A DNA stretch of 62,038 nt, counting the filler. It is 3 parts of 3 records of this genome, joined end to end, with 100 filler letters (N's around TTAATTAATTAA, not from the genome) between each part and the next. Parts side by side here need not be neighbours in the genome. Positions count along the whole stretch, not along the records: positions 1 to 27,490 come from DRR723986_3112; 2 more parts are not named here. One strand, written 5' to 3'. Positions 9,628-19,269 of the stretch are shown piece after piece. The notes beneath the pieces were generated by a model, which searched no databases, was not told where the DNA came from, and saw only the letters and a list, made by a program, of their open reading frames with translations. The first letter of the stretch is position 1; each line of letters begins with the position of its first letter. The position numbers and the translations under genes were made by a program.

Positions 9628-10278
9628 ATGTCCCAGGCAGAGCTAGCAGTCACCAATACCCCGCCCAAGCGCACACGGCGGACCCAGGAGCGCGCGGAAG
9701 CAACCCGTGCAAGCCTGATCGATGCGGGTAAGTTGCTCTTTTCAGAGCGCGGTTTTGACGCGGTATCCGTGCGCGATATCGAGAACGCTGCGGGGGTAAA
9801 GCGCAATATCCTGGCCTACCACTTCGAGGACAAGGAAACGATCTGGAAGGCATCGGCGGACGCGATTTTTGGCCTGATGCGTGAGGAGTTTGACCAGCGA
9901 CTATCGATCGTCAAAGAGGTCGCCGGACGGGACGCACTGGCGTTTATTGTCCGCTTTTACGTCTATTTCCATGCCCGGCACCCGGAACTCAGTCGCTTGA
10001 TGAGCCAGGAGGCTACTCGCCACAGCTGGCGAATCCAGTACCTGATAGACAATCACATTCGACCATCAACCATGCAGATGGAAGCGCTGGTGCGAGAAAC
10101 CGAGGGCCTGGACCGAGAGGCGTTCATTCACTGGTACTACATCATGATCAGCAGCACCTCGACGATTTTCTCCTTTGCCGCAGAGTGCCAGGACTTGTTC
10201 GGCGTGGACCCCTGCGAGGAGAGTATGGTCGAGGCCCATGCCGAGATGCTGGTGTCGATGCTCTTGCGGACGCAGTGA
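9628..10278 (+). CDS. TetR/AcrR family transcriptional regulator
   Basis: N-terminal HTH LFSERGFDAVSVRDIENAAGV...LAYHFEDKE; divergent from the TonB receptor. Confidence 0.93.
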   Translation: MSQAELAVTNTPPKRTRRTQERAEATRASLIDAGKLLFSERGFDAVSVRDIENAAGVKRNILAYHFEDKETIWKASADAIFGLMREEFDQRLSIVKEVAGRDALAFIVRFYVYFHARHPELSRLMSQEATRHSWRIQYLIDNHIRPSTMQMEALVRETEGLDREAFIHWYYIMISSTSTIFSFAAECQDLFGVDPCEESMVEAHAEMLVSMLLRTQ

Positions 10279-10338
10279 CCGATACCACTTCGAGACGGGA
10301 TTACGGATTACCGGCGGGCTGATCTCACCCGTTCTTTA

Positions 10339-11541
10339 CTAAGCAGGACGAATAACACCGGCCGCGGCCAGCGCATCGATTTCCTCGTCACCCAGGTTCA
10401 GGATAGTCTCCAGAACTTCCCGGGTATGGCTGCCCACCTCACCGCCCGGCCAATCAGTGCGACCCGGTGTCGCGGACAGCTTTGGCATGATAGCCGGGAT
10501 TTTCAGCGGCTCGCCGTTGATCTCGACTTCTTCGAACATACCCCGGGCCTGGTAATGCGGGTCCGCGAGCATGTCCTCGACACTGTAGATAGGCCCCACT
10601 GGCACCCGGGCTTCCTCCAACTCATTGATCACATGTACCGATGAGTGCGCCGCACACCACTCCGCCAGGGCCCGGTCGATTTCCGCCTCGTGCGTCACCC
10701 GGCCGGCATTATGCGCAAGCTCCGGGTTCTCCGCCATGTCCGAACGACCGGCAACGGTCATCAGCCGCTTGAATATCGAATCGCCGTTGCCGCCAATGAC
10801 AACGTGCTTGCCGTCGTCGCAGAGATAGGTATTGGTGGGAACAATGCCGGTGACCGTGGTACCTGATGGCCCGCGTACCACGCCGGCACCATCATACTCG
10901 GGCACGATGGCCTCCATGAGATTGAAGATCGACTCGTACAGGGCGACATCGACTACCTGCCCTTCCCCGCTGCTGGACCGCTGGATGACAGCCAGCGCGA
11001 TACCGAGGGCGGCATGGATCGCCGACAGGGTATCGCCCATGGAAATATTGGGCCGCACTGGCGCCTGGCCGGGTTCACCGTTGATGTAACGGAACCCCCC
11101 GAAACCCTCGGTAACCGACGCGTAGCCGGGTTTACTCGCATAGGGGCCGTCCTGCCCATAGCCGGAAATTCGTGTATAAACCAGACCCGGGTTGCGCTCG
11201 CGCAGTACATCTGGCCCCAGGCCCCAGTCTTCCATCGCACCGGGACGAAAATTCTCGACCAGAATGTCGGCCGTATCGATGAGCCGCAGGGCGAGTTCAC
11301 GCCCCTGCTCCGACTTGAGATCCAGGGTAACGCTTTTCTTGTTGCGGCCGAGGCTTCGATACCAGAGGGAGGTCCCGTCCTTGACCTCGCGCCAGCCGCG
11401 AATCGGGTCGCCGCCGGGTGGCTCAACCTTGATAACTTCAGCGCCAAAGTAGGCCAGGATGGTACCGGTAAAAGGGCCCGCCAATAGCTGGCCCAACTCG
11501 ATTACCCGCATGCCCTCCAGCGGACGAACAGTATTGCTCAT
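10339..11541 (-). CDS. Class III CoA-transferase (CaiB/BaiF)
   Basis: PLEGMRVIELGQLLAGP, RNKKSVTLDLK, ENFRPG, ISGYGQDGPY. Confidence 0.95.
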   Translation of the reverse strand: MSNTVRPLEGMRVIELGQLLAGPFTGTILAYFGAEVIKVEPPGGDPIRGWREVKDGTSLWYRSLGRNKKSVTLDLKSEQGRELALRLIDTADILVENFRPGAMEDWGLGPDVLRERNPGLVYTRISGYGQDGPYASKPGYASVTEGFGGFRYINGEPGQAPVRPNISMGDTLSAIHAALGIALAVIQRSSSGEGQVVDVALYESIFNLMEAIVPEYDGAGVVRGPSGTTVTGIVPTNTYLCDDGKHVVIGGNGDSIFKRLMTVAGRSDMAENPELAHNAGRVTHEAEIDRALAEWCAAHSSVHVINELEEARVPVGPIYSVEDMLADPHYQARGMFEEVEINGEPLKIPAIMPKLSATPGRTDWPGGEVGSHTREVLETILNLGDEEIDALAAAGVIRPA

Positions 11542-11590
11542 GGATCTCTGCCCCCGTTAAGAGGGCGAGAGTTTACCCGATTGTTGCGTC

Positions 11591-12928
11591 TCAGGCTCCC
11601 TCGGCGAGAGTTTCGCCAAGCGCGGTCAACAGGCTGTCGATTTCGTCACGGGAAATGACAAACGGCAGGCCCATCTGGATGGTGTCACCGCCGTAGCGTA
11701 CGTAGAAACCTTTCTGCCACATGCGCATGGCGATTTCGTAGGGGCGGCGAGCGGGCTCACCGGGATACGGGCTGAGGGTAAGTGCGCCGGCAAACCCGTA
11801 GTTGCGGATATCCGTCACATGCGGTGCGCCCTGCAGCTGGTGCAGTCCGTTTTCAAAATACGGGGCCATCTCGGCCACCCGTGCAGGCAACTGCTCCTGG
11901 ACCAGGATATCCAGCGCCGCGAGGCCCGCAGCACAGGCCACCGGGTGCGCTGAATAAGTGTACCCATGGGGAAACTCAAGCATGTACTCGGGTCCGCCCT
12001 GGGCCATGAAGGTCTGGTAGATTTCCGCCTGTGCAATGACCGCGCCCATCGGGATGGCGCCGTTGGTCATCTGTTTGGCCACGTTCATGATATCCGGAAC
12101 CACGCCGAAGGCATCCGCGCCAGTCATGGCACCGCAGCGACCAAAGCCGGTAATCACCTCGTCGAAAATCAGCAGGATGTCATTGGCAGTGCAGATATCG
12201 CGCAATCGTTGCAGGTAACCTGCGGGCGGCGGTATAACCCCGGCCGAGCCGGCCATGGGCTCGACGATCACCGCTGCGATGTTCGAGGCATCGTGCAGGG
12301 CAATCATCTCGTTCAGTTCCTCGGCGAGGTGCCAGCCGTGATGGGGCATGCCGCGGGTGAAGGCGTTCTCCGGCAAGATGGTGTGCGACAGGTGATCCGC
12401 GTCCACTGCCTGGCCGAACAGCTTGCGGTTGGCGCCGATGCCCCCGACGGAGATACCGCCAAAGTTTACCCCGTGATAACCCTTGGCCCGTCCGATCAGC
12501 TTGGTTTTACTGGGCTGGCCCTTCAGGCGCCAGTAGGCCCTGGCCATCTTCAGTGAGGTGTCCGCGCACTCGGAGCCGGAATTGGTGAAGAACACGTAAT
12601 CCAGTCCCTCGGGAGTCAGCTCGGTGAGCTTGTTGGCGAGTTCGAAGGAGCGAGGCTGGCCAAACTGGAAGGCCGGCGAGTAATCCAGGGTTTGCATCTG
12701 CCGGTGCACCGCCTCGGTGATTTCGGGACGATTGTGCCCGGCGCCGGAACACCACAGCCCGGACATACCATCGAGGATCCGACGGCCCTGGTCGTCGATG
12801 TAGTACACACCCTCCGCCGCAACAATCATCCGCGGATCATCCTTGAACTGGCGGTTGCCGGTATACGCCATCCAATGGGACTCGAGCTCGGCGCGGGTGA
12901 GCTTGTGGGTATCTGGCATACGGGTCAT
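11591..12928 (-). CDS. Omega-amino acid:pyruvate (beta-alanine) aminotransferase, class III PLP
   Basis: HWMAYTGNRQFK, LIFDEVITGFGR, AKQMTNG (PLP Lys), HGYTYSAHP; ATG 12928 has a GGAG RBS. Confidence 0.92.
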   Translation of the reverse strand: MTRMPDTHKLTRAELESHWMAYTGNRQFKDDPRMIVAAEGVYYIDDQGRRILDGMSGLWCSGAGHNRPEITEAVHRQMQTLDYSPAFQFGQPRSFELANKLTELTPEGLDYVFFTNSGSECADTSLKMARAYWRLKGQPSKTKLIGRAKGYHGVNFGGISVGGIGANRKLFGQAVDADHLSHTILPENAFTRGMPHHGWHLAEELNEMIALHDASNIAAVIVEPMAGSAGVIPPPAGYLQRLRDICTANDILLIFDEVITGFGRCGAMTGADAFGVVPDIMNVAKQMTNGAIPMGAVIAQAEIYQTFMAQGGPEYMLEFPHGYTYSAHPVACAAGLAALDILVQEQLPARVAEMAPYFENGLHQLQGAPHVTDIRNYGFAGALTLSPYPGEPARRPYEIAMRMWQKGFYVRYGGDTIQMGLPFVISRDEIDSLLTALGETLAEGA

Positions 12929-13088
12929 GGGATGCTCCGGACAGGTCAAAAGCGGCATTGTAAGCCCGGCTTTAAGTTGCATAAATGACTATTTATACAT
13001 ATAAAGTTTCATTATTATTCATCTTTTATAGCCCCACGCCAGCGGACTCGCCTGCCGGCGGGGGAAACGCAGTCAGCGAGGTCGCCCT

Positions 13089-14036
13089 GTGTCGAAAAAA
13101 GCCCTGCTCGGAAACGTCACCGATAACGACTTGCGGCTGCTGCGCGTATTCCGGGCGGTGGTGGCTTGCGGCGGCTTCGCGGCGGCGGAACTGGAGCTGA
13201 ACATCAACCGCTCCACCATTTCCCGCCACATCAAGGATTTGGAGACTCGCCTGGGCGTGACCCTGTGCCGCCGGGGCCGAGCCGGTTTCGGGCTCACCGA
13301 GGAAGGTGAACAGGTGCATGTCAGTGCCCTGAAGCTGATTGGTGCGATTGAAGGTTTTCAGCACGAGGTCGACGACCTGCACCGCCGCTTGACCGGAAGA
13401 CTGGTCGTGGCCATCTTCGACAAGACCGCATCCAACCCGGATTGCCATATCGACCGGGCGTTTGCCGCCTTCAGTCGTGCCGCTCCCGATGTTCATCTGG
13501 AGATCCACGTCGAGCCGATCAACGCCATCGAAACCGGTGTTATTGAGGGCCGATTCCACGTCGGCATCATTCCCGACCACCGACCCTCGGCGAGTCTTGA
13601 TTACAACCCGCTGTTTCGCGAGCAGATGTATCTGTACTGCGGTCGTGAGCATCCCCTGTTCAGCGTGGCGGACCCCCAACTTACCGCCGATGCGGTCAGG
13701 CTGAGCCGCTATGTCGGCATCGGCTATCACTCGCCTAACATGGAAATCACCCGCCAGCTGGACCTGCAACGGGATGCCACCGCCTATGACCAGGAAGCCG
13801 TCGCCCACCTGGTGCTCTCCGGTTGTTACCTGGGCTATCTGCCGGAGCACTATGCCGAGAGCTTCGTGCGCGAGGGAAATATGCGGCCGCTGCTGCCGCA
13901 GACCTACCAGTACGTCTGTCGCTTCAGTGCGATTGCGCGCCATTCGCCGGCGCCGAGCCGGGTGGTCGCAACCTTGCTGTCAGAATTGATCGGGGCCCAC
14001 CCAGCGGTGACCCCCGACGCGGACAGGCAAGGCTAG
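13089..14036 (+). CDS. LysR family regulator (BauR-like), divergent from the aminotransferase
   Basis: DLRLLRVFRAVVACGGFAAAELELNI.RSTIS HTH; LCRRGRAGF. Confidence 0.92.
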   Translation: MSKKALLGNVTDNDLRLLRVFRAVVACGGFAAAELELNINRSTISRHIKDLETRLGVTLCRRGRAGFGLTEEGEQVHVSALKLIGAIEGFQHEVDDLHRRLTGRLVVAIFDKTASNPDCHIDRAFAAFSRAAPDVHLEIHVEPINAIETGVIEGRFHVGIIPDHRPSASLDYNPLFREQMYLYCGREHPLFSVADPQLTADAVRLSRYVGIGYHSPNMEITRQLDLQRDATAYDQEAVAHLVLSGCYLGYLPEHYAESFVREGNMRPLLPQTYQYVCRFSAIARHSPAPSRVVATLLSELIGAHPAVTPDADRQG

Positions 14037-15745
14037 TCCTGGTAGCCAGTAATCGCCTTGGCGGCCTGGTAAGCAAAGGTCATGGAGGGGCCGAGCGTGG
14101 CTCCCGGACCAGGGTAGCAGGGTAAGGTAGGCGCACTGCAGTTCCCCACTGCATACAGGCCCTCGATCACATGGCCTTCCTCGTGCAGGACCTGCGCATG
14201 CTCGTTGATGACCATGCCGCCCTGGGTGCCAAAGTCGCCTGGATCAATTTTCACCGCGTAATACGGCGGGGTGTCCACTGGGCCCAGGCAGGGATTGGGA
14301 GATACCCGGGGATCGCCGTAGTAGCGATCATAGGCCGACTCGCCGCGCTTGCAGTCGGGATCTACGCCTGTGCGAGCATACTCGTTCATCTTGTCCACCG
14401 TGTCCTGCAGGCCATCGGCATCGACATTGATCTTGGCCGCCAGTTCACGAACCGTGTCCGCCTTGGCGAAGAAGCCCTCGTCCTCATAGCTTTTTGGAAT
14501 CAGCCAGTCTGGACGGAACTTGCTGTTGTATAGCGGACCGACAAAGTAGTTGGCCCGGAAATTGGCGTCGAATACCTGCCAGGTCGGATGGCAGGGATTG
14601 TCCTCACTGTGCAGTTTGAACGTCTCCTGCTGAAATGCCATGTAGTTCTGCGATTCGTTACTGAACCGCTTGCCGGCGGGATTGACGATGATCGAGCCGG
14701 GATAGGAGCGCTCCATCACGCTGAGCCGCGGGATATCCTCTCCGGGTACGGAAATCGTATTGCACCACCAGGCCTCATCAAGCCGGTGCATCCTGGCTCC
14801 CAGGCGCTGGCCCTCGCGTATCGCATCACCGGTGTTGTCCAGCGTACCCGCACTCCAACGGTGATCCGTCGGCTGCGGCAGGTACTGCTCGCGCATCGCC
14901 TGGTTATGCTCAAAACCGCCGGCAGCCAGCACCACGCCCTTGCGGGCCTGTATGCGCAAGGTCCGACCCTGACGCTTGACCTCGACACCCAGCACCTTGC
15001 CCTCGTCATCGATCACCCGGGTCATAGGCGTTTCCAGCCACAGCGGAATGTCCCGATCCATCAGCGACGCGCGCAGCCGTGCCACTCCGGCGCAACCGGT
15101 GGCCAGGCGCCGGTGGAAGCGATCCCTGATGCGCCAGGGGATATCCAGCAGGTAATTGGCAAACAGCTTGAGGGCAATCTTCCACCAGCCCGGCTGCTGA
15201 CCGACCAGGAGCGCGGCTTCCACCTGGGTAATGCCGATTACCCCGCCCAGATGCATCATCGGGTGGGTCCGGCGCAGGCGGCGCCATTCGTCGCCCAGTT
15301 CACTGGCCTCAAAGGTCTCCGGCTCCATGGAGCGGTGCCCGGCCATAGCGCCATCAAGGTTGGTGTAATAGTCCGGGTAGTGCTCCAGGGTGACATAGCG
15401 CACCCGGGTCCGGTCATGCAGAAAATCGACCATCTTGGGGCCGTTCTGGAGATAGGCCTCGAGCTGGTAATCGGGGACCTCCTCCTCACTGATCAACTGC
15501 TTGAGATAGGTGCGCGCCTTGTCGATCGAATCTTCCGCTCCGGCCTCCCTGGCGTAGCGATTGCAGGGAATCCACACCCCACCGCCGGAAATAGAACTGG
15601 TGCCCCCGTACAGGTCCGATTTTTCGATGACCAGTACATCAGGCGAACCCATCTCATAGGCACACAGCGCGGCGGTCATGCCCCCGTTGCCGGAGCCCAC
15701 GACGACGACGTCAAAGCTGTAATCCCACTGCTGTTCAGCGCTCAT
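14033..15745 (-). CDS. kstD: FAD-dependent 3-ketosteroid Delta1-dehydrogenase-like flavoprotein
   Basis: VVGSGNGG, GGTSSISGGGVWIP, YPDYY, NESQNY, YPGPGATLG. Confidence 0.78.
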   Translation of the reverse strand: MSAEQQWDYSFDVVVVGSGNGGMTAALCAYEMGSPDVLVIEKSDLYGGTSSISGGGVWIPCNRYAREAGAEDSIDKARTYLKQLISEEEVPDYQLEAYLQNGPKMVDFLHDRTRVRYVTLEHYPDYYTNLDGAMAGHRSMEPETFEASELGDEWRRLRRTHPMMHLGGVIGITQVEAALLVGQQPGWWKIALKLFANYLLDIPWRIRDRFHRRLATGCAGVARLRASLMDRDIPLWLETPMTRVIDDEGKVLGVEVKRQGRTLRIQARKGVVLAAGGFEHNQAMREQYLPQPTDHRWSAGTLDNTGDAIREGQRLGARMHRLDEAWWCNTISVPGEDIPRLSVMERSYPGSIIVNPAGKRFSNESQNYMAFQQETFKLHSEDNPCHPTWQVFDANFRANYFVGPLYNSKFRPDWLIPKSYEDEGFFAKADTVRELAAKINVDADGLQDTVDKMNEYARTGVDPDCKRGESAYDRYYGDPRVSPNPCLGPVDTPPYYAVKIDPGDFGTQGGMVINEHAQVLHEEGHVIEGLYAVGNCSAPTLPCYPGPGATLGPSMTFAYQAAKAITGYQD

Positions 15746-15957
15746 GACAGAATCTCATAACTGAATAAGGGCGCTATGGTAGCGCAATGCGCGGGACTGA
15801 ACCGCGCTATCGACCCGCTTAATCAGCTGCAGGTTCAACATTTTGATCGTAAACCACTCGCCGGATTTTAGCGTAGGCTTAAATAGTGCCGCTGATTCGC
15901 ATGACTGGCATCATGACCCGACCCTGATCAGAGATTGTCCAAGGACAAGGAGATATC

Positions 15958-16437
15958 ATGGCAAGCCCCCTCAAGAGATCCATAACTGCCCTCGCGGCGC
16001 TGGGCGTACTCGCGGTCTCACCGCTCGCAGTATCCCACTTCAACGACAAGGAGCCGATGCAGTCCTACCGACAGTCGGCCTTCGCCCTGATGGCCATGAA
16101 CTTCGGCCCGATGAGCGCCATGCTCAAGGAGGAGATGCCCTGGGACGCGGAGCGGTTCGCGGGCTGGGCCGAAGACCTCGATGACGTGGCCGGGTTGGAC
16201 ATCGCACGGGGTTTCGCCCCCGGCACCGACAAGGGCACGACCCGGGCCAAGCCCGGGATCTGGGACAATATGGACGACTTCAGCAGCAAGCTGGAGGATC
16301 TGAGAACTGCCACCGAGGCCCTCAGCGACGCGGCCGACGGCGGGGACATGGAGCAGATCAAACTGGCGTTCGGCGAGACCGGGCAGGCCTGTAAAGCCTG
16401 CCACGACGAGTACAAGTCCAAGGACTACCTGTACTGA
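15958..16437 (+). CDS. Cytochrome c' (class II c-type cytochrome)
   Basis: Signal peptide, T.AKP.IW, C-terminal CKACH heme motif. Confidence 0.93.
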   Translation: MASPLKRSITALAALGVLAVSPLAVSHFNDKEPMQSYRQSAFALMAMNFGPMSAMLKEEMPWDAERFAGWAEDLDDVAGLDIARGFAPGTDKGTTRAKPGIWDNMDDFSSKLEDLRTATEALSDAADGGDMEQIKLAFGETGQACKACHDEYKSKDYLY

Positions 16438-17097
16438 TCACCACATAGGTGGCGGCTTGGGCGCCTGCTCAAGCCCCCACCACAAAAGCAGAGACAGGAT
16501 GAGCGCTATTACCACGGCCCACCACCAGGGTCTTGGACTCTCCAGGCCGCTCTTGCCGAGCGCGACACCCCTGATCATAGCCTGGATCAGCGGCTGGCCG
16601 CGGCGCAGCTGGTAAAACAGCACCACAGCGATATGCAACACCACCAGAGCCACCAGCAGATCGAAGGCGATCTCGTGCAACTCACCCATCGCATCCCGTA
16701 ATCCGGTGCTCGCCCAAAAGTACAGGGGGCCACTGAACGCGGTGTCATCGTTGTTGAACAGGCCACTGACGCCTTGCAACAGGAGCAGGCTCAGCAGCGC
16801 GACTATCGACCAACCACCCAGCGGATTGTGACCGGGCCCGGCTGCCTGCTCACCACGCAGATAACGCAACACGCGCCCGGGGCCGGCGAGAAAATCGCTG
16901 AACCTGGCGTGGCGGCTACCGACAAAGCCCCAGATGATGCGCACGCTTACCAGCACCAGCAAGGCGTAACCAATCCGGGCATGCCAGTCGAAGTCGCCCT
17001 CCTCCCCGGTCCACCAGGCCAGCGGCACCAGTAACACCAGGCTCCAGTGAAAGACCCGAACCGGTAAATCCCACAGCAGTTTTGTCTCAGCGTTCAT
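16438..17097 (-). CDS. Cytochrome b (Ni/Fe-hydrogenase b-type family)
   Basis: WDLPVRVFHW, GHNPLGG, conserved heme-ligand His in TM helices. Confidence 0.92.
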   Translation of the reverse strand: MNAETKLLWDLPVRVFHWSLVLLVPLAWWTGEEGDFDWHARIGYALLVLVSVRIIWGFVGSRHARFSDFLAGPGRVLRYLRGEQAAGPGHNPLGGWSIVALLSLLLLQGVSGLFNNDDTAFSGPLYFWASTGLRDAMGELHEIAFDLLVALVVLHIAVVLFYQLRRGQPLIQAMIRGVALGKSGLESPRPWWWAVVIALILSLLLWWGLEQAPKPPPMW

Positions 17098-17111
17098 CGA
17101 CCAGCACCTGC

Positions 17112-17819
17112 TCAGCGAACAAATGGTGGGTATGCGGCATCCACACCCTGATGCCGATACTCCCAGTGATCATCCCGCAGCACCGCGCGGTGCCGCGCAC
17201 CCCGGGCAGCGCCATCGCCTGACCCGTAGCCGGCATCACCGCGAAACAACACCACGACCTGGCCGTCGTCATCGGCAAATACCGGGAACACCTCGGGTGG
17301 CCGGGTGCGCCGTTCCTCGCCGATCATGGCCGCGGTATCGGGGTAGCGCAGCAGGCTGCGCAAGGTGATGTAGGTCGGCGGCAACATACCCAGCTCCCCT
17401 GCCTCATGCTGCGCCACAGCCTCGTCCAACTTGATCCACATTGCCTCGTGAATCTCGCTGCCATCAATCGTCACCCGGTCCTCCCGCGCCAGGGGGGCGG
17501 CGAATATCCAGGTTTCAAAACGCTTGGGTTCTACCACCGGAGTCGTCCAATGGCTGAGCTGAACCATGTCGTCCAGACAGGGCCTGAGGCCGCATTCTTC
17601 CTCCGCTTCCCGGGCCGCAGCGAAGCGGGCTGCGCGGTCGATATCACCCTCGCCCGCGTCAAGATCCGCCTGTTCCAGCGCACCGCCGGGAAACACCCAC
17701 AGCCCGCCGGCGAACATCAAGGCCTTATTGCGTTTCAGCAGCAGGGTTTCCATGCCGCTGTCGGTATCGCGCAGCAGCACTACAGTGCTCGCTGGCCTTG
17801 CTTCCGGTATCTCAGTCAT
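17112..17819 (-). CDS. Nudix hydrolase, NUDT19-like (putative acyl-CoA diphosphatase)
   Basis: VFPGG...AAAREAEEECG Nudix box plus HWTTP....KRFET.IF motif. Confidence 0.85.
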   Translation of the reverse strand: MTEIPEARPASTVVLLRDTDSGMETLLLKRNKALMFAGGLWVFPGGALEQADLDAGEGDIDRAARFAAAREAEEECGLRPCLDDMVQLSHWTTPVVEPKRFETWIFAAPLAREDRVTIDGSEIHEAMWIKLDEAVAQHEAGELGMLPPTYITLRSLLRYPDTAAMIGEERRTRPPEVFPVFADDDGQVVVLFRGDAGYGSGDGAARGARHRAVLRDDHWEYRHQGVDAAYPPFVR

Positions 17820-17862
17820 CTTGCCTCACGGTAATAGTCGGACGTGACATCCCTGTGACCAC

Positions 17863-19191
17863 TCAGCTGCCCATCAGGTCCAGCAGGGCGGACACCGTCG
17901 CTTCGGTGCCCAGGGTAACTGCGGGCCGCGGGGTGATCTTGAACAGGGGCGAGTGATGTGATGGCACCGGCGGACCACCGGCAGCCTCACGATCGAAGTC
18001 GGCCTGGGGTGTTCCGCCAACGGCAAAATAGGTGCTGGGGACATAAGGCTCGGTCGTAAAGAAGGGGAAATCCTCGGCGCCCATCCCCAGGCGTTTCTGG
18101 GTGTGGAAAACCTCGCCGCCGAAGCGTGCACCCCACAAGGTGATGAGGCGCTCGGTCAAGTCATCATCGTTGATAGTCGGGGGTACCGATTCCTCGGACA
18201 CAATCACTTCCGGCAGCTTGTCATCCGGCAGTCCGGCTACCCGCCCCATGTTCTCCGCCACCCGCCTGATGCCGGCAAGCAGCAGCTCGCGGCTCTCCAT
18301 GCTGTCATTGCGCACCGTCAACTGCAGGTGGGCCCGATCGGAAATAATGTTGTGCTTGGTGCCTGCGTGGAACGAACCGACCGTAATAACCCCTGCCTCC
18401 CTCGGTGGCAGCTCCCGGCTGACGACCGTCTGCAGGGCCAGTACGATCTGGCTGGCCAGAACCACCGGGTCGACACCCCGGTGTGGACTCGCGCCATGAG
18501 CCCCCACACCGTGCACGATGATATCCACGGTATCAGCGCCTGAATAAGGCGAATCCCGGGTCACGCCCAGCTTGCCTGTCGGTATCTCGGAACTGACGTG
18601 TAAGGCCATGGCATAGTCCGGCTTGCCGAACCGCGTCCACAGTTCATCCTCCATCATTGCCCTGGCCCCCGCGACCCGCTCTTCCGCCGGCTGGCCGATG
18701 AGCATCAGGGTGCCTGACCATTGGTCACGTCGGGCTGCCATCGCCCGGGCGGTACCGACCAGGCTGGTGATATGAACATCGTGGCCACAGGCATGCATGA
18801 CCGGCACGTCATTGCCATCCCAGTCCACTTGCCGGGCTACCGAAGCATTGGCCAGGCCGGACTTCTCCTCCACTGGCAGACCATCCATATCCGCGCGCAT
18901 CATTACCGTAGGGCCGGAGCCGTTGTTCATGACAGCGACGATGCCAGTGCCGCCCACACCCTCGGTAACCTCGAAGCCGACCTCGCGCAGTTCACCGGCC
19001 AGGCGCGCGGCCGTCGAGTGTTCCATGAAGGATAGCTCGGGGTTACGGTGGAAGTGGTCGAACAACTCGCCGAGGTATGTGTCGTAGTCACGCTCAATCG
19101 ATGCGGCCAAATCATCTTTCGCGCTGGCGAGTGCGGCGCAGCACCCCAGCATTAGAACGGCGACAGTGCGGGTAATCATCAGAAGCGGCAT
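17863..19191 (-). CDS. Exported M20 family amidohydrolase
   Basis: Signal peptide; H.NPELS, RADMDGLP, MHACGHD, QPAEE, GAEDF, HHSP. Confidence 0.93.
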   Translation of the reverse strand: MPLLMITRTVAVLMLGCCAALASAKDDLAASIERDYDTYLGELFDHFHRNPELSFMEHSTAARLAGELREVGFEVTEGVGGTGIVAVMNNGSGPTVMMRADMDGLPVEEKSGLANASVARQVDWDGNDVPVMHACGHDVHITSLVGTARAMAARRDQWSGTLMLIGQPAEERVAGARAMMEDELWTRFGKPDYAMALHVSSEIPTGKLGVTRDSPYSGADTVDIIVHGVGAHGASPHRGVDPVVLASQIVLALQTVVSRELPPREAGVITVGSFHAGTKHNIISDRAHLQLTVRNDSMESRELLLAGIRRVAENMGRVAGLPDDKLPEVIVSEESVPPTINDDDLTERLITLWGARFGGEVFHTQKRLGMGAEDFPFFTTEPYVPSTYFAVGGTPQADFDREAAGGPPVPSHHSPLFKITPRPAVTLGTEATVSALLDLMGS

Positions 19192-19269
19192 GGCAAATCT
19201 CGCATGGTGGGTTTCAGGGCACTGAGGCTATCAGAGGAGTTGGCCGGGGCAAACCCCGACCTCGCAGTT

